A stretch of DNA of 62,784 bases, the filler included, from a bacterium (GTDB taxonomy: Bacteria > UBP15 > UBA6099 > JAJRTR01): NCBI GenBank assembly GCA_024278215.1. It is 3 parts of 3 records of this genome, joined end to end, with 100 filler letters (N's around TTAATTAATTAA, not from the genome) between each part and the next. Parts side by side here need not be neighbours in the genome. Positions count along the whole stretch, not along the records: positions 28,705 to 49,452 come from JAJRTR010000116.1; positions 49,553 to 62,784 come from JAJRTR010000117.1; 1 more part is not named here. One strand, 5' to 3'. Shown here piece by piece: positions 42,298-53,445 of the stretch. The position numbers and the translations under genes are program-made. Position 1 is the first letter of the stretch, and each line of letters begins with the position of its first letter. A model generated the notes under the pieces. That model was not told where the DNA came from, ran no database searches, and saw only the letters and a list, made by a program, of their open reading frames with translations.

Positions 42298-42986
42298 GAA
42301 CTACTATAGTTATTAGAAGGTGCATTTCGCAAAAACTGACATTTTTGCATTCCAAAGTCTTTCTTATAGTGCTGGTCAAGCACAAAAAGCGAGTCTGTAA
42401 TTCTGAGCAAATCCAAAAATCATCAGTTACATAAAAGCTGTTTTATCAACTCCCCCGTAAACAGTTACAGTCAGTGTTTATCGTGATATTATGATTTATT
42501 ATCAACTTAAGTGGCCGGTGTTGTGGGTAACTGAAATGAGAAATTTTATAAACAGCTGAACTTGTGCGTTTTTTATAAAAGGTAGTGCCATGTCAAGAAA
42601 GAAAAGATGTAAGATGGGGTAGAGTAAAAACTATAAAGGTGTAGGGCGGGGGCACCGTACACCTACTTGCGATATTACAAGCCTGACGTGACAGTAGTCG
42701 AATTTCTGGAGATACGATCCGGAATTGAGGTGCAAATTCAAGTCATGTCCCCGAAATTCTCACTTGATTTTCAAAAACGCACAAGTTATGTAAACAGGTA
42801 GAATCAAGCACATAGCCCATTCGCGTTTTATGAGCTCTAATGATCTGTCATCTGAGGAACACGGGCACGCAATACATTGAAAGTGGCGGTGACGATTCGT
42901 TTTTATGATCTCTACTGATTTACCATCTGAGGAACAGGGGTAATCTGGAAAGTTTTTCCTGATTTCACCCCGGAATTTCGTCATAA

Positions 42987-44285
42987 TCATCCCCATGAGT
43001 AGTCCATGAGTTCGAGAACCCGCTCCGGCGCGTGAGCCGAGTAACTTGTCATTTCAGATGTTGTCGACTGCATTATCTGCGCGCGGGTCATTTCGGAAAC
43101 TTCACGCGCCATATCAGCATCCTGAATACTTGAACGCGCCGCCGCTATATTTATCGCCTGTGAGGAGACATCGTCCAGATTATTTTCAAGCCGCCTGTAC
43201 ATTATTCCCATATCGGCCCTGACATTGCTGACCGATTCGATAGCCGAGTCGAGACTGTCTATAGCCTGTTGCGCACTGTCTATCATCGTGAGATTCACAC
43301 TTGCCACGCCAAGACTGTACGGCGTGATCTCCGGCAGCGAAAGCACTATCCTGTCATCTGCCTTGTCGTCCGGCCCTACCTGGAGCACCTGGTTGGAACC
43401 GACCTGGTAGTCGTAATCGAGAGCAACGCCGTGCCTTGTGCCGCCGACATTGGCAGCCTCGATGGCAAGCACGTTTTTACCCGGCTGCAGCGCCGCCGTG
43501 ATGTCATACGTTTCAGGCACAGCCCATGATCCGAAATCCGCACCAATCAGATTCCCGTTGACGTACAGGTCGTACCCGTCGTCCGCAGTGATATGCACAG
43601 TTATTTTTGAAATCTTGTCGAACACCGTGTCAGATATCTCGAATTCACGCCTGAGGTACACTGTGTTACTGTCACTCGGGTCCCATATCCACTGCGCACT
43701 GGAGCCGGAGAAACCCGGAAGCAGGCTCGGCGGACCGTTTAAAGTCGAATTGCCTATCTTCGGTGTGTTCCAGCCTGAAGCGTCGAACCCGGTCATGTTC
43801 CAGCCGGCCGCGAAAACATCCGTTGTCTTCCAGTTGTCGTTTACTCCGCTGACAAGATCGAATGCAAGGCCCTCGAGATAATTCTTGCCGTTATAACTCG
43901 TTGCGCTCGCAACCCTGTTGACTTCATCGACAAGCGACTGGTATTCGTCGTCGAGCCGCGCGCGATCGGCATCCGATAATGTTGCTTCGTTCCCCGCCCT
44001 GACCGACAGGTCTCTCATCCTTATGAGAAGGCCATCGATCACGGATAGTGCCCCGTCGAGCGTCTGGAACAGTGAGATGCCGTCCTGGATATTGTTTTTT
44101 GTAACTTCCAGGCCCCTGATTTTCGCGGTCATCGTGTCGGAAATCGCAAGGCCGGACGGGTCGTCCGCCGCCCTGTTGATTCTCAAACCGCTCGATAGGC
44201 GTTCTCTTGTGTTGTGCAACGTAATCTCAGCCGCATATCTGTCATTGTGCGTAATCAGGTTTGAAATATTAGTTGTTATAATCAT
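42987..44285 (-). CDS. fliC: Flagellin with inserted carbohydrate-binding-like domain
   Basis: ERLSSGLRINRAADDPSGLAI and ARSSIQDADMARE; central AQWIW, ADDGYDLYVNG, GKNVLAI. Confidence 0.9.
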   Translation of the reverse strand: MIITTNISNLITHNDRYAAEITLHNTRERLSSGLRINRAADDPSGLAISDTMTAKIRGLEVTKNNIQDGISLFQTLDGALSVIDGLLIRMRDLSVRAGNEATLSDADRARLDDEYQSLVDEVNRVASATSYNGKNYLEGLAFDLVSGVNDNWKTTDVFAAGWNMTGFDASGWNTPKIGNSTLNGPPSLLPGFSGSSAQWIWDPSDSNTVYLRREFEISDTVFDKISKITVHITADDGYDLYVNGNLIGADFGSWAVPETYDITAALQPGKNVLAIEAANVGGTRHGVALDYDYQVGSNQVLQVGPDDKADDRIVLSLPEITPYSLGVASVNLTMIDSAQQAIDSLDSAIESVSNVRADMGIMYRRLENNLDDVSSQAINIAAARSSIQDADMAREVSEMTRAQIMQSTTSEMTSYSAHAPERVLELMDYSWG

Positions 44286-44488
44286 TTTTCACCCGTTAAT
44301 AATATTTGTCTCCTTCGACTCATACCTGAATAGAATATTTCGGCTTCAGCAACTGAAATAATACCGTCCAGCCGCTGCTGTTCAGGTTGAGTGAAGGGGG
44401 TGTTAGCCGATAGAGGCGCAAAATGTGAGGGAACATTTTCACCTGTCTAAATGGTAGTATACTATTCCTGTATTGTCAACAAATATTC

Positions 44489-44532
44489 TTAACCCGGATT
44501 TCTGGCCCACACTGGTGAAATATGCGGGTTAA
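44489..44532 (+). repeat. Family B intermediate form with TTAA duplication
   Basis: TTAA-CCCGGATTTCT...TGGTGAAATATGCGGG-TTAA. Confidence 0.8.
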
Positions 44533-44696
44533 TGTTTGATTCCGGCGCAAAAAGTCCCAACACGCGAAAAGCAGGTACAGGCACCGCGGAAAAACCGCGT
44601 TGCCAGTCCCCGTTTTTCGCTGACTGTTTTCCATTTAGACTCAACACGGACTTTTTGTGCCGGAATAAATGTTTGCGTGCGAGCACGTAGCGCATG

Positions 44697-45146
44697 TTAT
44701 TCCCCGGATTCTTTCACGATAATTATGATATCAGGTACGTAGTTCGAGTTTTTTTTCGCGCGTCTGTTTAATATGGGGTAGATGACGGCGACACTTGCCG
44801 CGAAAAACAGTATGCCGCTTATCAGTGTTGTGGAATCCTTGTTCAAACCCCGCAACGATGCGATGTGGTCGCCAACTGCGAGTCCGATGATCAGACACAG
44901 GATCGGCACCATATATATGAAGAACGAACTGGAGACGAATGTGCTGTCGGACAACTCGATTTTCACGTGGTCGCCTTCGCGCGCGCCGACGATATTATTG
45001 GCCTCTACGGATACTTCTTCGCCGGACCCGCCCAGCGTCTGGCACATCCCTTTCGAGCTGCAACCCGCGCACGCATCGTTCCGCACTGTTTTCACCAGCG
45101 CGCGTTTTCCCCGTATTTCCATCACAATACCGTCTTCTACCGGCAT
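44697..45146 (-). CDS. rseC: RseC/MucC family protein
   Basis: ACAGCSSKGMC, GAREGDHV, YMVP, two TM helices. Confidence 0.88.
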   Translation of the reverse strand: MPVEDGIVMEIRGKRALVKTVRNDACAGCSSKGMCQTLGGSGEEVSVEANNIVGAREGDHVKIELSDSTFVSSSFFIYMVPILCLIIGLAVGDHIASLRGLNKDSTTLISGILFFAASVAVIYPILNRRAKKNSNYVPDIIIIVKESGE

Positions 45147-45242
45147 CTGCCGCCGCCTTTCCCGTCCCGCATCGGTGAAATATGCGGAAGGACAAATCCA
45201 TTCGCGCAACACTTTATTATTATTATAAGCATCTCCAGCAGC

Positions 45243-46412
45243 TCATTCCGCTTCTTTCATTAAAAAAAACTCGCGCAGCCGACGCATTCCTTCTTTTATG
45301 TTTTCGATTGAATTGGCGTAGCTGAAGCGGATGAACCCCTCGCCGTTGCTGCCGAAGTCGATACCGGGCGTTACGGCGACTTTTGCTTTTTCGAGAATCT
45401 CCAGCGCCAGCCGGTACGAGTCGGTGTCGATGTGTTTCATGTTCACCAGCACATAGAACGCGCCCGTAGGCTCGACGGGAATGCGGAATCCCATTTCCTT
45501 GAGCGCGCCCACGATATAGCGCCTGCGCTCGTCGTAGATGCCGCACATACGTTCCACATCGTCCTTCGTCTCCCTCAGCGCGGCTATAGCGGCCCACTGG
45601 ACAAACGAGTTGGCCGAGATATAGAAATTCTGCTGTAGTTTCTGCATGTCGCGCATGTATTTTTTCGGCGCGATCACATAGCCGATGCGCCAGCCTGTCA
45701 TCGCGTAAAGCTTTGAAAAACCGTTGATAACGAAAGCGTTGCCGGAGTATTCGAGCACACTGTGCGCGCGCGCTCCGCCATAAACAAGTCCGTGATAAAT
45801 CTCATCTGAAATCACCGGCACGTCATAGCGGGTAATCGCGGCCAGAGTCTCTCCGTCGATAATGGTGCCGCCCGGGTTCGACGGCGAATTCACAAGTATG
45901 GCGGCGGTTTTCGGACCTACCGCCCCTTCCGGTATCCCGGCTCGAAACTGGAATCCGTCTTCCTCTGTTACATTCACATACCGGGGCGTCCCGCAGGCGA
46001 ATGTGATAAAGTTGGGGTAGCAGGCGTAATGAGGATTCGTGAGTACGACTTCACTGCCAGCCTCGATCAGCACGGAAAACACAAGGCTCATCGCTGCCGA
46101 AGTGCCGGGAGTTGCAATTATGCAGGAAGGATCGACATCCACGCCGTACCGCTCGAGATAATCTTCGGCGACGGCCTCGCGCAACTCGAGCAGACCCATG
46201 CTGTGCGTGTAGTGGGTCTTGCCCCCGCGCATGGCCCGCACACCTGCTTCGACAACGGCCGGCGGCGTGTCGAAATCCGGCTCCCCCACCTCCAGATGCA
46301 CTATACTCTCGCCCTCGCGCTCCATCGCCTGGGCTTTCTCCAGTATCTCCATCACTATGAATGGAGTAATGCTTTTTATCTTTTCCCTGTTTGAACAGAA
46401 GTGTTCTTCCAT
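45243..46412 (-). CDS. PLP-dependent aminotransferase class I/II
   Basis: GEPDF, NSPSNPGG, SDEIY, FSKLYAMTGWRIG. Confidence 0.94.
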   Translation of the reverse strand: MEEHFCSNREKIKSITPFIVMEILEKAQAMEREGESIVHLEVGEPDFDTPPAVVEAGVRAMRGGKTHYTHSMGLLELREAVAEDYLERYGVDVDPSCIIATPGTSAAMSLVFSVLIEAGSEVVLTNPHYACYPNFITFACGTPRYVNVTEEDGFQFRAGIPEGAVGPKTAAILVNSPSNPGGTIIDGETLAAITRYDVPVISDEIYHGLVYGGARAHSVLEYSGNAFVINGFSKLYAMTGWRIGYVIAPKKYMRDMQKLQQNFYISANSFVQWAAIAALRETKDDVERMCGIYDERRRYIVGALKEMGFRIPVEPTGAFYVLVNMKHIDTDSYRLALEILEKAKVAVTPGIDFGSNGEGFIRFSYANSIENIKEGMRRLREFFLMKEAE

Positions 46413-46592
46413 TATGATCACCATACTCGACAACTGTCGTTTTGAGCAACACAGGCATGTTTTTACACCCCTGCGATCCGTCCGATGATAATAACCCACT
46501 TGCGCGGCATTTTCAATTAAACATATTATGATATAATCATTATATGTAAGTTGCGGGCGCCGTCCGCTATTATTGCTGACAGGGAACGGATC

Positions 46593-47492
46593 ATGACAAT
46601 TAAACGAATTCTGATAACGCTGGTCGCGGCGGCGATACTTTTCGCCGCCCGCGCCGTGGAGGCGACCCGCGCCGCCGAAGGGCACCTTAAGCCGGAGATA
46701 CGCGACGCTGTGAAAGTGACGCGCGCCATGCTTGCGCCCATGCGGTTCGCGAAACAGAAAGTGTGGTACAGCGCACTGCTCGAAGACCCGAGATACGGCA
46801 AGTACAAGGCGGGTTACATGTTCATCGAGTTCGACAAAGATAAGGACGGCAACCTTATTCTCAGGCAGGAGTCCGACATAAGGCAGGTTCTCTACAGCGT
46901 GAAGATGTCCCGCGAGTTTGTAAAATATGAGGAAGTAATCGACAGGCAGACGGGATTGCCGCTGCGTGCTTCGTTCGAATATGATGTTTCAGGCAGGACA
47001 TACTGGCTTATCAGCATCAAACTGCCTCCCGAGTCACGCATGGCAACAAAGAAAACGGCAATCTTCGACTGGACCAGCAATAAAATAAAAATGACATACG
47101 GCGACGGCCCCAACGCCCACGTGCGGATGTTCCCGCTCGAGAGAGACTCCGTGCCCGCTTTCGCGCCGGTGATCTTCATGTTCAGACTCATGGGCCGGCA
47201 GGAAGAGAAAGTGTACAGTTTCAGATATTTCGACATGCAGAGGGAACGATATGAAGACTCATATCTACAGTTCGAGGGACCGCGGGCAAAAGGCATCCAG
47301 AAATACTCGACCGTGCCGCAGGGCTGGGGCGACCAGACAGTAACAAGTTTCTGGTTCGGGCCGCCGTCCGAGGAAGCGCCGAACGGGCGTTTCGAGAAAT
47401 ATATAATCAACCCGCTGATCACCAGATACATAACATTTCTGCCGACTACGAAAGAGAAAGCCCTCGAACCGGTGACGCCTCTCATCGACTGA
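46593..47492 (+). CDS. Exported hypothetical protein
   Basis: Signal peptide; roughly 300-aa open frame. Confidence 0.7.
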   Translation: MTIKRILITLVAAAILFAARAVEATRAAEGHLKPEIRDAVKVTRAMLAPMRFAKQKVWYSALLEDPRYGKYKAGYMFIEFDKDKDGNLILRQESDIRQVLYSVKMSREFVKYEEVIDRQTGLPLRASFEYDVSGRTYWLISIKLPPESRMATKKTAIFDWTSNKIKMTYGDGPNAHVRMFPLERDSVPAFAPVIFMFRLMGRQEEKVYSFRYFDMQRERYEDSYLQFEGPRAKGIQKYSTVPQGWGDQTVTSFWFGPPSEEAPNGRFEKYIINPLITRYITFLPTTKEKALEPVTPLID

Positions 47493-47573
47493 CTCTACAC
47501 GCGGGCTCGCCGGTTCGACCCTGCTCCTGCTTTCAAGTTATCCAAATTCACAATCAGGGAGAAAAACATACTC

Positions 47574-49452
47574 ATGAAAAAACTATTTTACCCATCCGGC
47601 ATAGCGGTTTTCGGCGTGTCCGAGGCACGCGACAACTTTGGCCGCAACATCGTGAAAAACCTGCTGGACTACGATTTCGACGGAAAGATATATCCCATCG
47701 GACGGAAGGAAGGCCGCATCTACGGAATAGATATCCACACCGATATTAACGAGGTGGAAGGCGCTGTCGACCTTGCGGTGTTCCTCGTGCCGGCGCGTTT
47801 CATCCCGGAGCAGATGGAGGCCTGCGCGAAAAAAGGCGTGCGCCGCATGATGATCTCGAGTGGCGGCTTCTCGGAACTCTCGGAAGACGGCGTCGCGCTC
47901 GAGCAGCGGTTGCTCGACATCGCCGCGAAAAACGACATCCGTTTTCTCGGCCCCAACTGTATCGCGGCGATAAACCAGGACATCGGCATGTGCCTGCCTT
48001 TCGTACGCATGCACAGGTTCCTCGACGGGCCGGTGTCGTGCCTCACGCAGAGCGGCGGCGTGGGACTCAGCTTCATCAATCAGCTTACCGGCCAGAATAT
48101 CGGCATAAATAAATATGTCAGCCTCGGCAACAAGCTCAATATCGGCGAAGCGGACATGATACCGTTCCTCGAAGAAGACGAAAATACCGGGCTGATCCTG
48201 TTTTACCTCGAGGAGATCGAGCGGGGCCGCGAGTTCATGAACGCCGTGCGCGGCTGCACGAAGCCGATTGTCGTGCTGAAGTCGAACACCGAACCGGAGA
48301 CTGCATCCGTGGCGCAATCGCACACCGCCGCCGTCGCAAACGACGACCGTGTGGTGGACGCCGCCTTCAGGCAGCTGGGCGTTACCCGTGTGGCGGAGTT
48401 CAGCGACGTCGCGCCCACGTGCAAAGCCTTCTCGATGCCGCCCATGAAGGGCAACAGGGTGGCGATCATCACACCCACCGGCGGCTATGCCGTGATCCTC
48501 GCCGATATGTGCGCTAAATACGGGTTCGATCTGCCCGCGTTTCCGCAGTCTTTTATCGACGAGGTGTCGACGCATGTCAAAGCAGGCGTCATAAAACTTT
48601 CGAACCCGCTGGACCTCGGCGATATGTTCGATTTCGAAATGGTTTCCTATACCGTCGCTCAGGCCATCCGGCAGGACGAATTCGACGCGATCGTGCTCTC
48701 GTGGATTCTACTCCGGGACATCGGCGTCGACAAAATAAACATCTTCTCATACCTGGACAGGATGCGGAAGATGACGCCGAAGCCGGTGGTGCTCTCTCTT
48801 GTGGGCGATCCTGTCGACATAGCGCAAATCCGCAAGCAGACAAAGTATCCCATATTCACATCGCCCGAACAGTCGATACACGCACTGGCCCGCCTGCGGG
48901 ACTTCCATCGCGACGCCATCGCGCTCAGAACTCAGAAACCTGTGCTTAAAGACATCGACGAACAGAAAATCAAGTCGGCCATCGCCGCCGCCCGCAAAGA
49001 AGGCCGCACCGAACTGGGCATGGAATCGCTCGAACTGCTCGAAGCCGCCGGCATCACCGCCGTGCCCTTCGCCCACGCTGCGACAGCCTCCGAAGCAGCG
49101 GAAAAGGCAGCGCGGATCGGGTTCCCGCTCGCAATGAAAATCGCGTCGCCCGATATACTCCACAAAACGGAAGTCCGGGGCGTTCGGCTGGGCGTCGACG
49201 GCGAAGACGAGTGCCGGAAAGTGTTCGGGGAACTGACAAACAATGCGCGGGAAGCAGCGTCCGGCAGCCGCATCACCGGCGTTTACATTCAGAAAATGGT
49301 CTCCGGCGCGCGCGAGATGCTGGCCGGAATAAACTACAATGAATCGTTCGGACATGTCGTGGTATTCGGGCTTGGGGGCACACTCGTAGAAGCGATAGAA
49401 GACGTGTCGATGCGCGTGGCACCCCTGGGACCGCTGGATGCTGAAAGAATGA
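47574..49452 (+). CDS. ADP-forming acyl-CoA (acetate--CoA) ligase, truncated at contig end
   Basis: SGGFSE, LGPNC, QSGG, SHT, NPLD, HKTEVRGV, FGLGG. Confidence 0.92.
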
Positions 49453-49552
49453 NNNNNNNNNNNNNNNNNNNNNNNNNNNNNNNNNNNNNNNNNNNNTTAA
49501 TTAATTAANNNNNNNNNNNNNNNNNNNNNNNNNNNNNNNNNNNNNNNNNNNN
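49453..49552. other. Artificial contig spacer
   Basis: N44-TTAATTAATTAA-N44. Confidence 0.97.
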
Positions 49553-49708
49553 CGTAGCGAGGTCGAGCGAAATTGTTCAGAGCAAGGCGGAGGTGTAAAA
49601 TCCTCGCAGGCGTACTTGTAGAGTACGTCGAGGACGATTTTGTGCCGACAACGCAGCTATGGACAATAGCAGCCGACCGCAGCCGAATCAGAATTTTGCA
49701 ATCGGCTC
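49553..49708 (-). mobile_element. Family A element, truncated by the contig start
   Basis: Matches 31450-31627 from CGTAGCGAGG to ATCGGCTC. Confidence 0.9.
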
Positions 49709-49757
49709 CCAAGTGTATGCAATGGTGATAAACACATAATTATGCAATTGCTGATAT

Positions 49758-49773
49758 TGGCATTATTCTTGAT
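49758..49773 (+). promoter_or_regulatory. Sigma54-like -24/-12 promoter (GA variant)
   Basis: TGGCATTATTCTTGAT, 36 bp before the ATG; same motif upstream of the paralog. Confidence 0.55.
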
Positions 49774-49808
49774 GGACGGTTAAAGCTAAAAGAGAAAGGA
49801 GTCGGACA

Positions 49809-50474
<666 letters not shown>

Positions 50475-50528
50475 GCTTCGAAGGATTTCGGTCGTGAATA
50501 CATTTCAAGCTGAAGGGAGAATAAGGAC

Positions 50529-50981
50529 GTGAAAAAAATAATAGTGATGTTGATTGTAATAGTTGCGGCGGCGGTGTATATCTCCGGATGCGGCGGCGGG
50601 AGTTCCATCGCCGCTCCGCAGTCCCGGACCACATCCGCCAGGATACTCTCGATATCTCCGTCGGACGGGACATCCGGTGTTGCGACCGATACTGTTTTTA
50701 CAGTATCATTCTCACAACCTATGAACATGAGTTCGGTTGACGACAATATACATGTCTATCAGGGAACCGGCACTTCGGGGAGTTCGCTTACGGGAAATAT
50801 ATCATGGAACGATATGCACACGATGATGACTTTCGTTCCTGATCAGGGTTTCATGCCGGGCACAACGCACACAGTGCATTTCGGTACGGGCATGATGAGT
50901 GAATCCGGCGGAATGATGATGAACATGTCGGGCAGCCAGATGATGAACCAGGATATGTATACGTATTTCACTACTCGATGA
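50529..50981 (+). CDS. Lipoprotein with Ig-like (Big_5/SbsA-type) domain, Met-rich
   Basis: Lipobox ISGC; SISPSDG...VSFSQPMN...TFVP...YFTT. Confidence 0.8.
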   Translation: MKKIIVMLIVIVAAAVYISGCGGGSSIAAPQSRTTSARILSISPSDGTSGVATDTVFTVSFSQPMNMSSVDDNIHVYQGTGTSGSSLTGNISWNDMHTMMTFVPDQGFMPGTTHTVHFGTGMMSESGGMMMNMSGSQMMNQDMYTYFTTR

Positions 50982-51676
50982 AAGAGGGGGCGCGGATAGA
51001 AATGGCTTGTTCTACGGATAGCAGGACAAAGGGCTATAGACTCGCTTCGATGATTTACGATCCGGTCATCGAACGCGGGATGCAGCCGGTCAGGAAGAAG
51101 ACACTGGAGATCAGCAGATTGGAACCTGGCGACAAAGTGCTGGACGTCTGCTGCGGGACCGGCAGGCAGGCGGAAATCTTCGCTGAAACGGGAGCGGATG
51201 TCTGCGGCGTCGACCTTTCCGATTTTATGATTGATAAAGCGAGGAAAAAACAACGAAAAAGTCTCACCTTCATTCAGGCCGATGCGGCGGCGACCGGATT
51301 GGATGAATCTTCTTTCGATGTCGCATCAACAGGTTTCTCTCTGCACGAGGTAGATGAAGAAACCAGAACAGGGTTCCTGAATGAAATGGCAAGGGTGACG
51401 AAACCGGGCGGTTTTCTTATATTCACCGATTTCTCGATCCAAACCCGTAACGGGTATAAAAACAGGATGCGAAAAGGGCTTGCGCATTCACTTGAATGGC
51501 TTGCCGGACCGGAGCACTACCGCAATTACATGGACTGGATGCGTGCCGGCGGACTGAAGGGTTTTCTCGCCAGGAAAAATTTGCCTGTGGAAAAAGTATT
51601 TCACATGAACGGTGGTCATATTCTTATTGCGAAAGTGATGAATTCCAAATCCGAAGCGACGATTGCAAAATTCTGA
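50978..51676 (+). CDS. Class I SAM-dependent methyltransferase
   Basis: VLDVCCGTG, SFDV, RVTKPGG. Confidence 0.9.
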   Translation: MKEGARIEMACSTDSRTKGYRLASMIYDPVIERGMQPVRKKTLEISRLEPGDKVLDVCCGTGRQAEIFAETGADVCGVDLSDFMIDKARKKQRKSLTFIQADAAATGLDESSFDVASTGFSLHEVDEETRTGFLNEMARVTKPGGFLIFTDFSIQTRNGYKNRMRKGLAHSLEWLAGPEHYRNYMDWMRAGGLKGFLARKNLPVEKVFHMNGGHILIAKVMNSKSEATIAKF

Positions 51677-51694
51677 TTCCGTTGCGGTCGGCTC
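51659..51694 (+). repeat. Family A left-end fragment providing the methyltransferase C-terminus and stop
   Basis: GATTGCAAAATTCTGATTCCGTTGCGGTCGGCTC. Confidence 0.7.
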
Positions 51695-51781
51695 ATTAAG
51701 TGAACACTATTGGGGATACTGTAATTTGGATATTATAACGAAACTGAGAGCGCCACGCTGTTCGATGCCGTAATGCGTTGT

Positions 51782-52108
51782 TCACGCAAATGCGGCATCG
51801 ACTGTTTCTATGACTGGAATACGACCATCCAGATTTATAAGTTTCAGCATCTTTCCAATGTTTGCAGGAACAGCGGCAAGAATAAAATCAAGTTCTTCCT
51901 TATGTGAATTCTTCCATAGCTTTGTAATGGAGCCGAGCCCCATGCTGTCTATATGGACAACCGCTTCAAGGTCCAACACAATCGGGCCGGTTTTCTCGTC
52001 GATCAGTTTGTACATTACATCTTCGAATCCTTTATATGAGTGATAATCCAGCTCTCCGTCCAACCTGACTATTACGCCACGGTCTTTTTTATCAGTTGTA
52101 ATTTTCAT
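51782..52108 (-). CDS. STAS anti-sigma factor antagonist
   Basis: LDGELD, DLEAVVHIDSMGLG. Confidence 0.9.
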   Translation of the reverse strand: MKITTDKKDRGVIVRLDGELDYHSYKGFEDVMYKLIDEKTGPIVLDLEAVVHIDSMGLGSITKLWKNSHKEELDFILAAVPANIGKMLKLINLDGRIPVIETVDAAFA

Positions 52109-52202
52109 CTCAGCTTCCTCCGCAGTGGGTAGTGTACAAGTTGATTATAACATATACAAGCACATCGAAACCAGTGGTTGATGCGATAGAAACAATATAC
52201 TT

Positions 52203-53282
52203 TCATGCTCTCGCCGCACCCTGTATGTTGCCGCGTCGCTGCAGTTCATTCGCTATGGCTTCGATTATTTTTCTCTTGTCCGCAGCCCATGCGGGCGCTT
52301 TCAACATGCCTCGCGGTGCGTCGCCTGTAAGCCTCTGCACTATTATTTCCGGCGCGAGACGCTCGAGGTAGTCGGCAACGAGTTCAACGTATTCGCCGAA
52401 CCCGGGCAGATCGACTTCGCCCGCGTTATACATCTCTTCCAGCTTCGTATCCGGCAGCACGTGGAGCAGATGGAGCTTGACACCTTCAATACCCATATCG
52501 GAGAGGATGTCGGCGGAGCGGAGCATCATCGCTCGCGTCTCGCCCGGCAGTCCGAGTATTATGTGTGCACAGATTTTCAGGTCCGGGCGTTTTCTTATCC
52601 TCGCGACTGTATTCTCGAACGCGGCAAAATCATGCCCCCTGTTTATCGCCTTCAGTGTTTCGTCATGCACAGACTGGAGCCCGAGTTCCACCCATACCTC
52701 ATAGTCGCGTGCGAAGCCGCCCAGCAGGTCTGCAATTTCGTCTCCGACGCAGTCCGGGCGTGTTCCCACCGCGAGCCCGACAATATCTTCCGGCATCAGC
52801 GCTTCCCTGTATAGTTTATCAAGCGCATCGACCGGCGCGTACGTGTTTGTGTATGCCTGAAAATAGGCGATGAACTTACGCGCTCTGTATCTTTTCGCCA
52901 TCCGGCGCATTCCCTCTTCAAGCTGTTCGCGCACGGGGCGCGTGCGCCGCGCGGGTGTCCACACGCCGGCGCGTAATAAGTCTTCTTTCTCCGGAGTCGG
53001 GGTTTTCTCAGCAACTTCGGACTTTCCAGCCATCGCAACTGGTGTGCCGCACACAAACCCGCCTGTGTGTGCTGCTTCATTTCTATGAGTCCCGGCCCGC
53101 ACGTTCGGACTGAACCCCTCATTGTTGCAGTAGATGCACCCGCCATACCCAAATGTTCCATCCCTGTTGGGGCAAGTAAAACCCGCGTCTATCGTCACCT
53201 TATAGACCTTGCAGCCGAACTTCTCTTTCAGGTAATCGCTGAAAGCCCTGTATGGTTTTGCGTGCGCACGGTTTGCATACAT
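52203..53282 (-). CDS. TIGR01212/YhcC family radical SAM protein with internal insertion
   Basis: GFTCPNRDG...GCIYC, YFQAYTNTY, GTRPDC, ELGLQS, INRGH. Confidence 0.92.
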   Translation of the reverse strand: MYANRAHAKPYRAFSDYLKEKFGCKVYKVTIDAGFTCPNRDGTFGYGGCIYCNNEGFSPNVRAGTHRNEAAHTGGFVCGTPVAMAGKSEVAEKTPTPEKEDLLRAGVWTPARRTRPVREQLEEGMRRMAKRYRARKFIAYFQAYTNTYAPVDALDKLYREALMPEDIVGLAVGTRPDCVGDEIADLLGGFARDYEVWVELGLQSVHDETLKAINRGHDFAAFENTVARIRKRPDLKICAHIILGLPGETRAMMLRSADILSDMGIEGVKLHLLHVLPDTKLEEMYNAGEVDLPGFGEYVELVADYLERLAPEIIVQRLTGDAPRGMLKAPAWAADKRKIIEAIANELQRRGNIQGAARA

Positions 53283-53404
53283 GCTGTTTTGCCGCTCCCC
53301 TCATTGCCGAAGTATACATTATAATATTTGCGCCCGCGAATTGATTTTCTGAAGTTTTGTGTTGTAATGTGTTCAGGGCTGCCGGAGGCATCCGGCAAAA
53401 TACA

Positions 53405-53426
53405 TGAGCCGATTGCAACCGGCTCA
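53405..53426. repeat. Palindrome equal to family A ends without core
   Basis: TGAGCCGATTGCAACCGGCTCA. Confidence 0.75.
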
Positions 53427-53445
53427 CCCGGTGGAGCATTATATT

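Noticed and set aside
44286..44460. Sigma28 promoter or invertible switch for the flagellin
   Set aside because: Only partial GCCGA matches without a properly spaced -35; the inverted repeat is short and imperfect; no recombinase nearby.
28605..49552. TTAATTAATTAA palindromes, and truncated ileS and acyl-CoA ligase as pseudogenes
   Set aside because: These are artificial contig spacers; the truncations are assembly edges.
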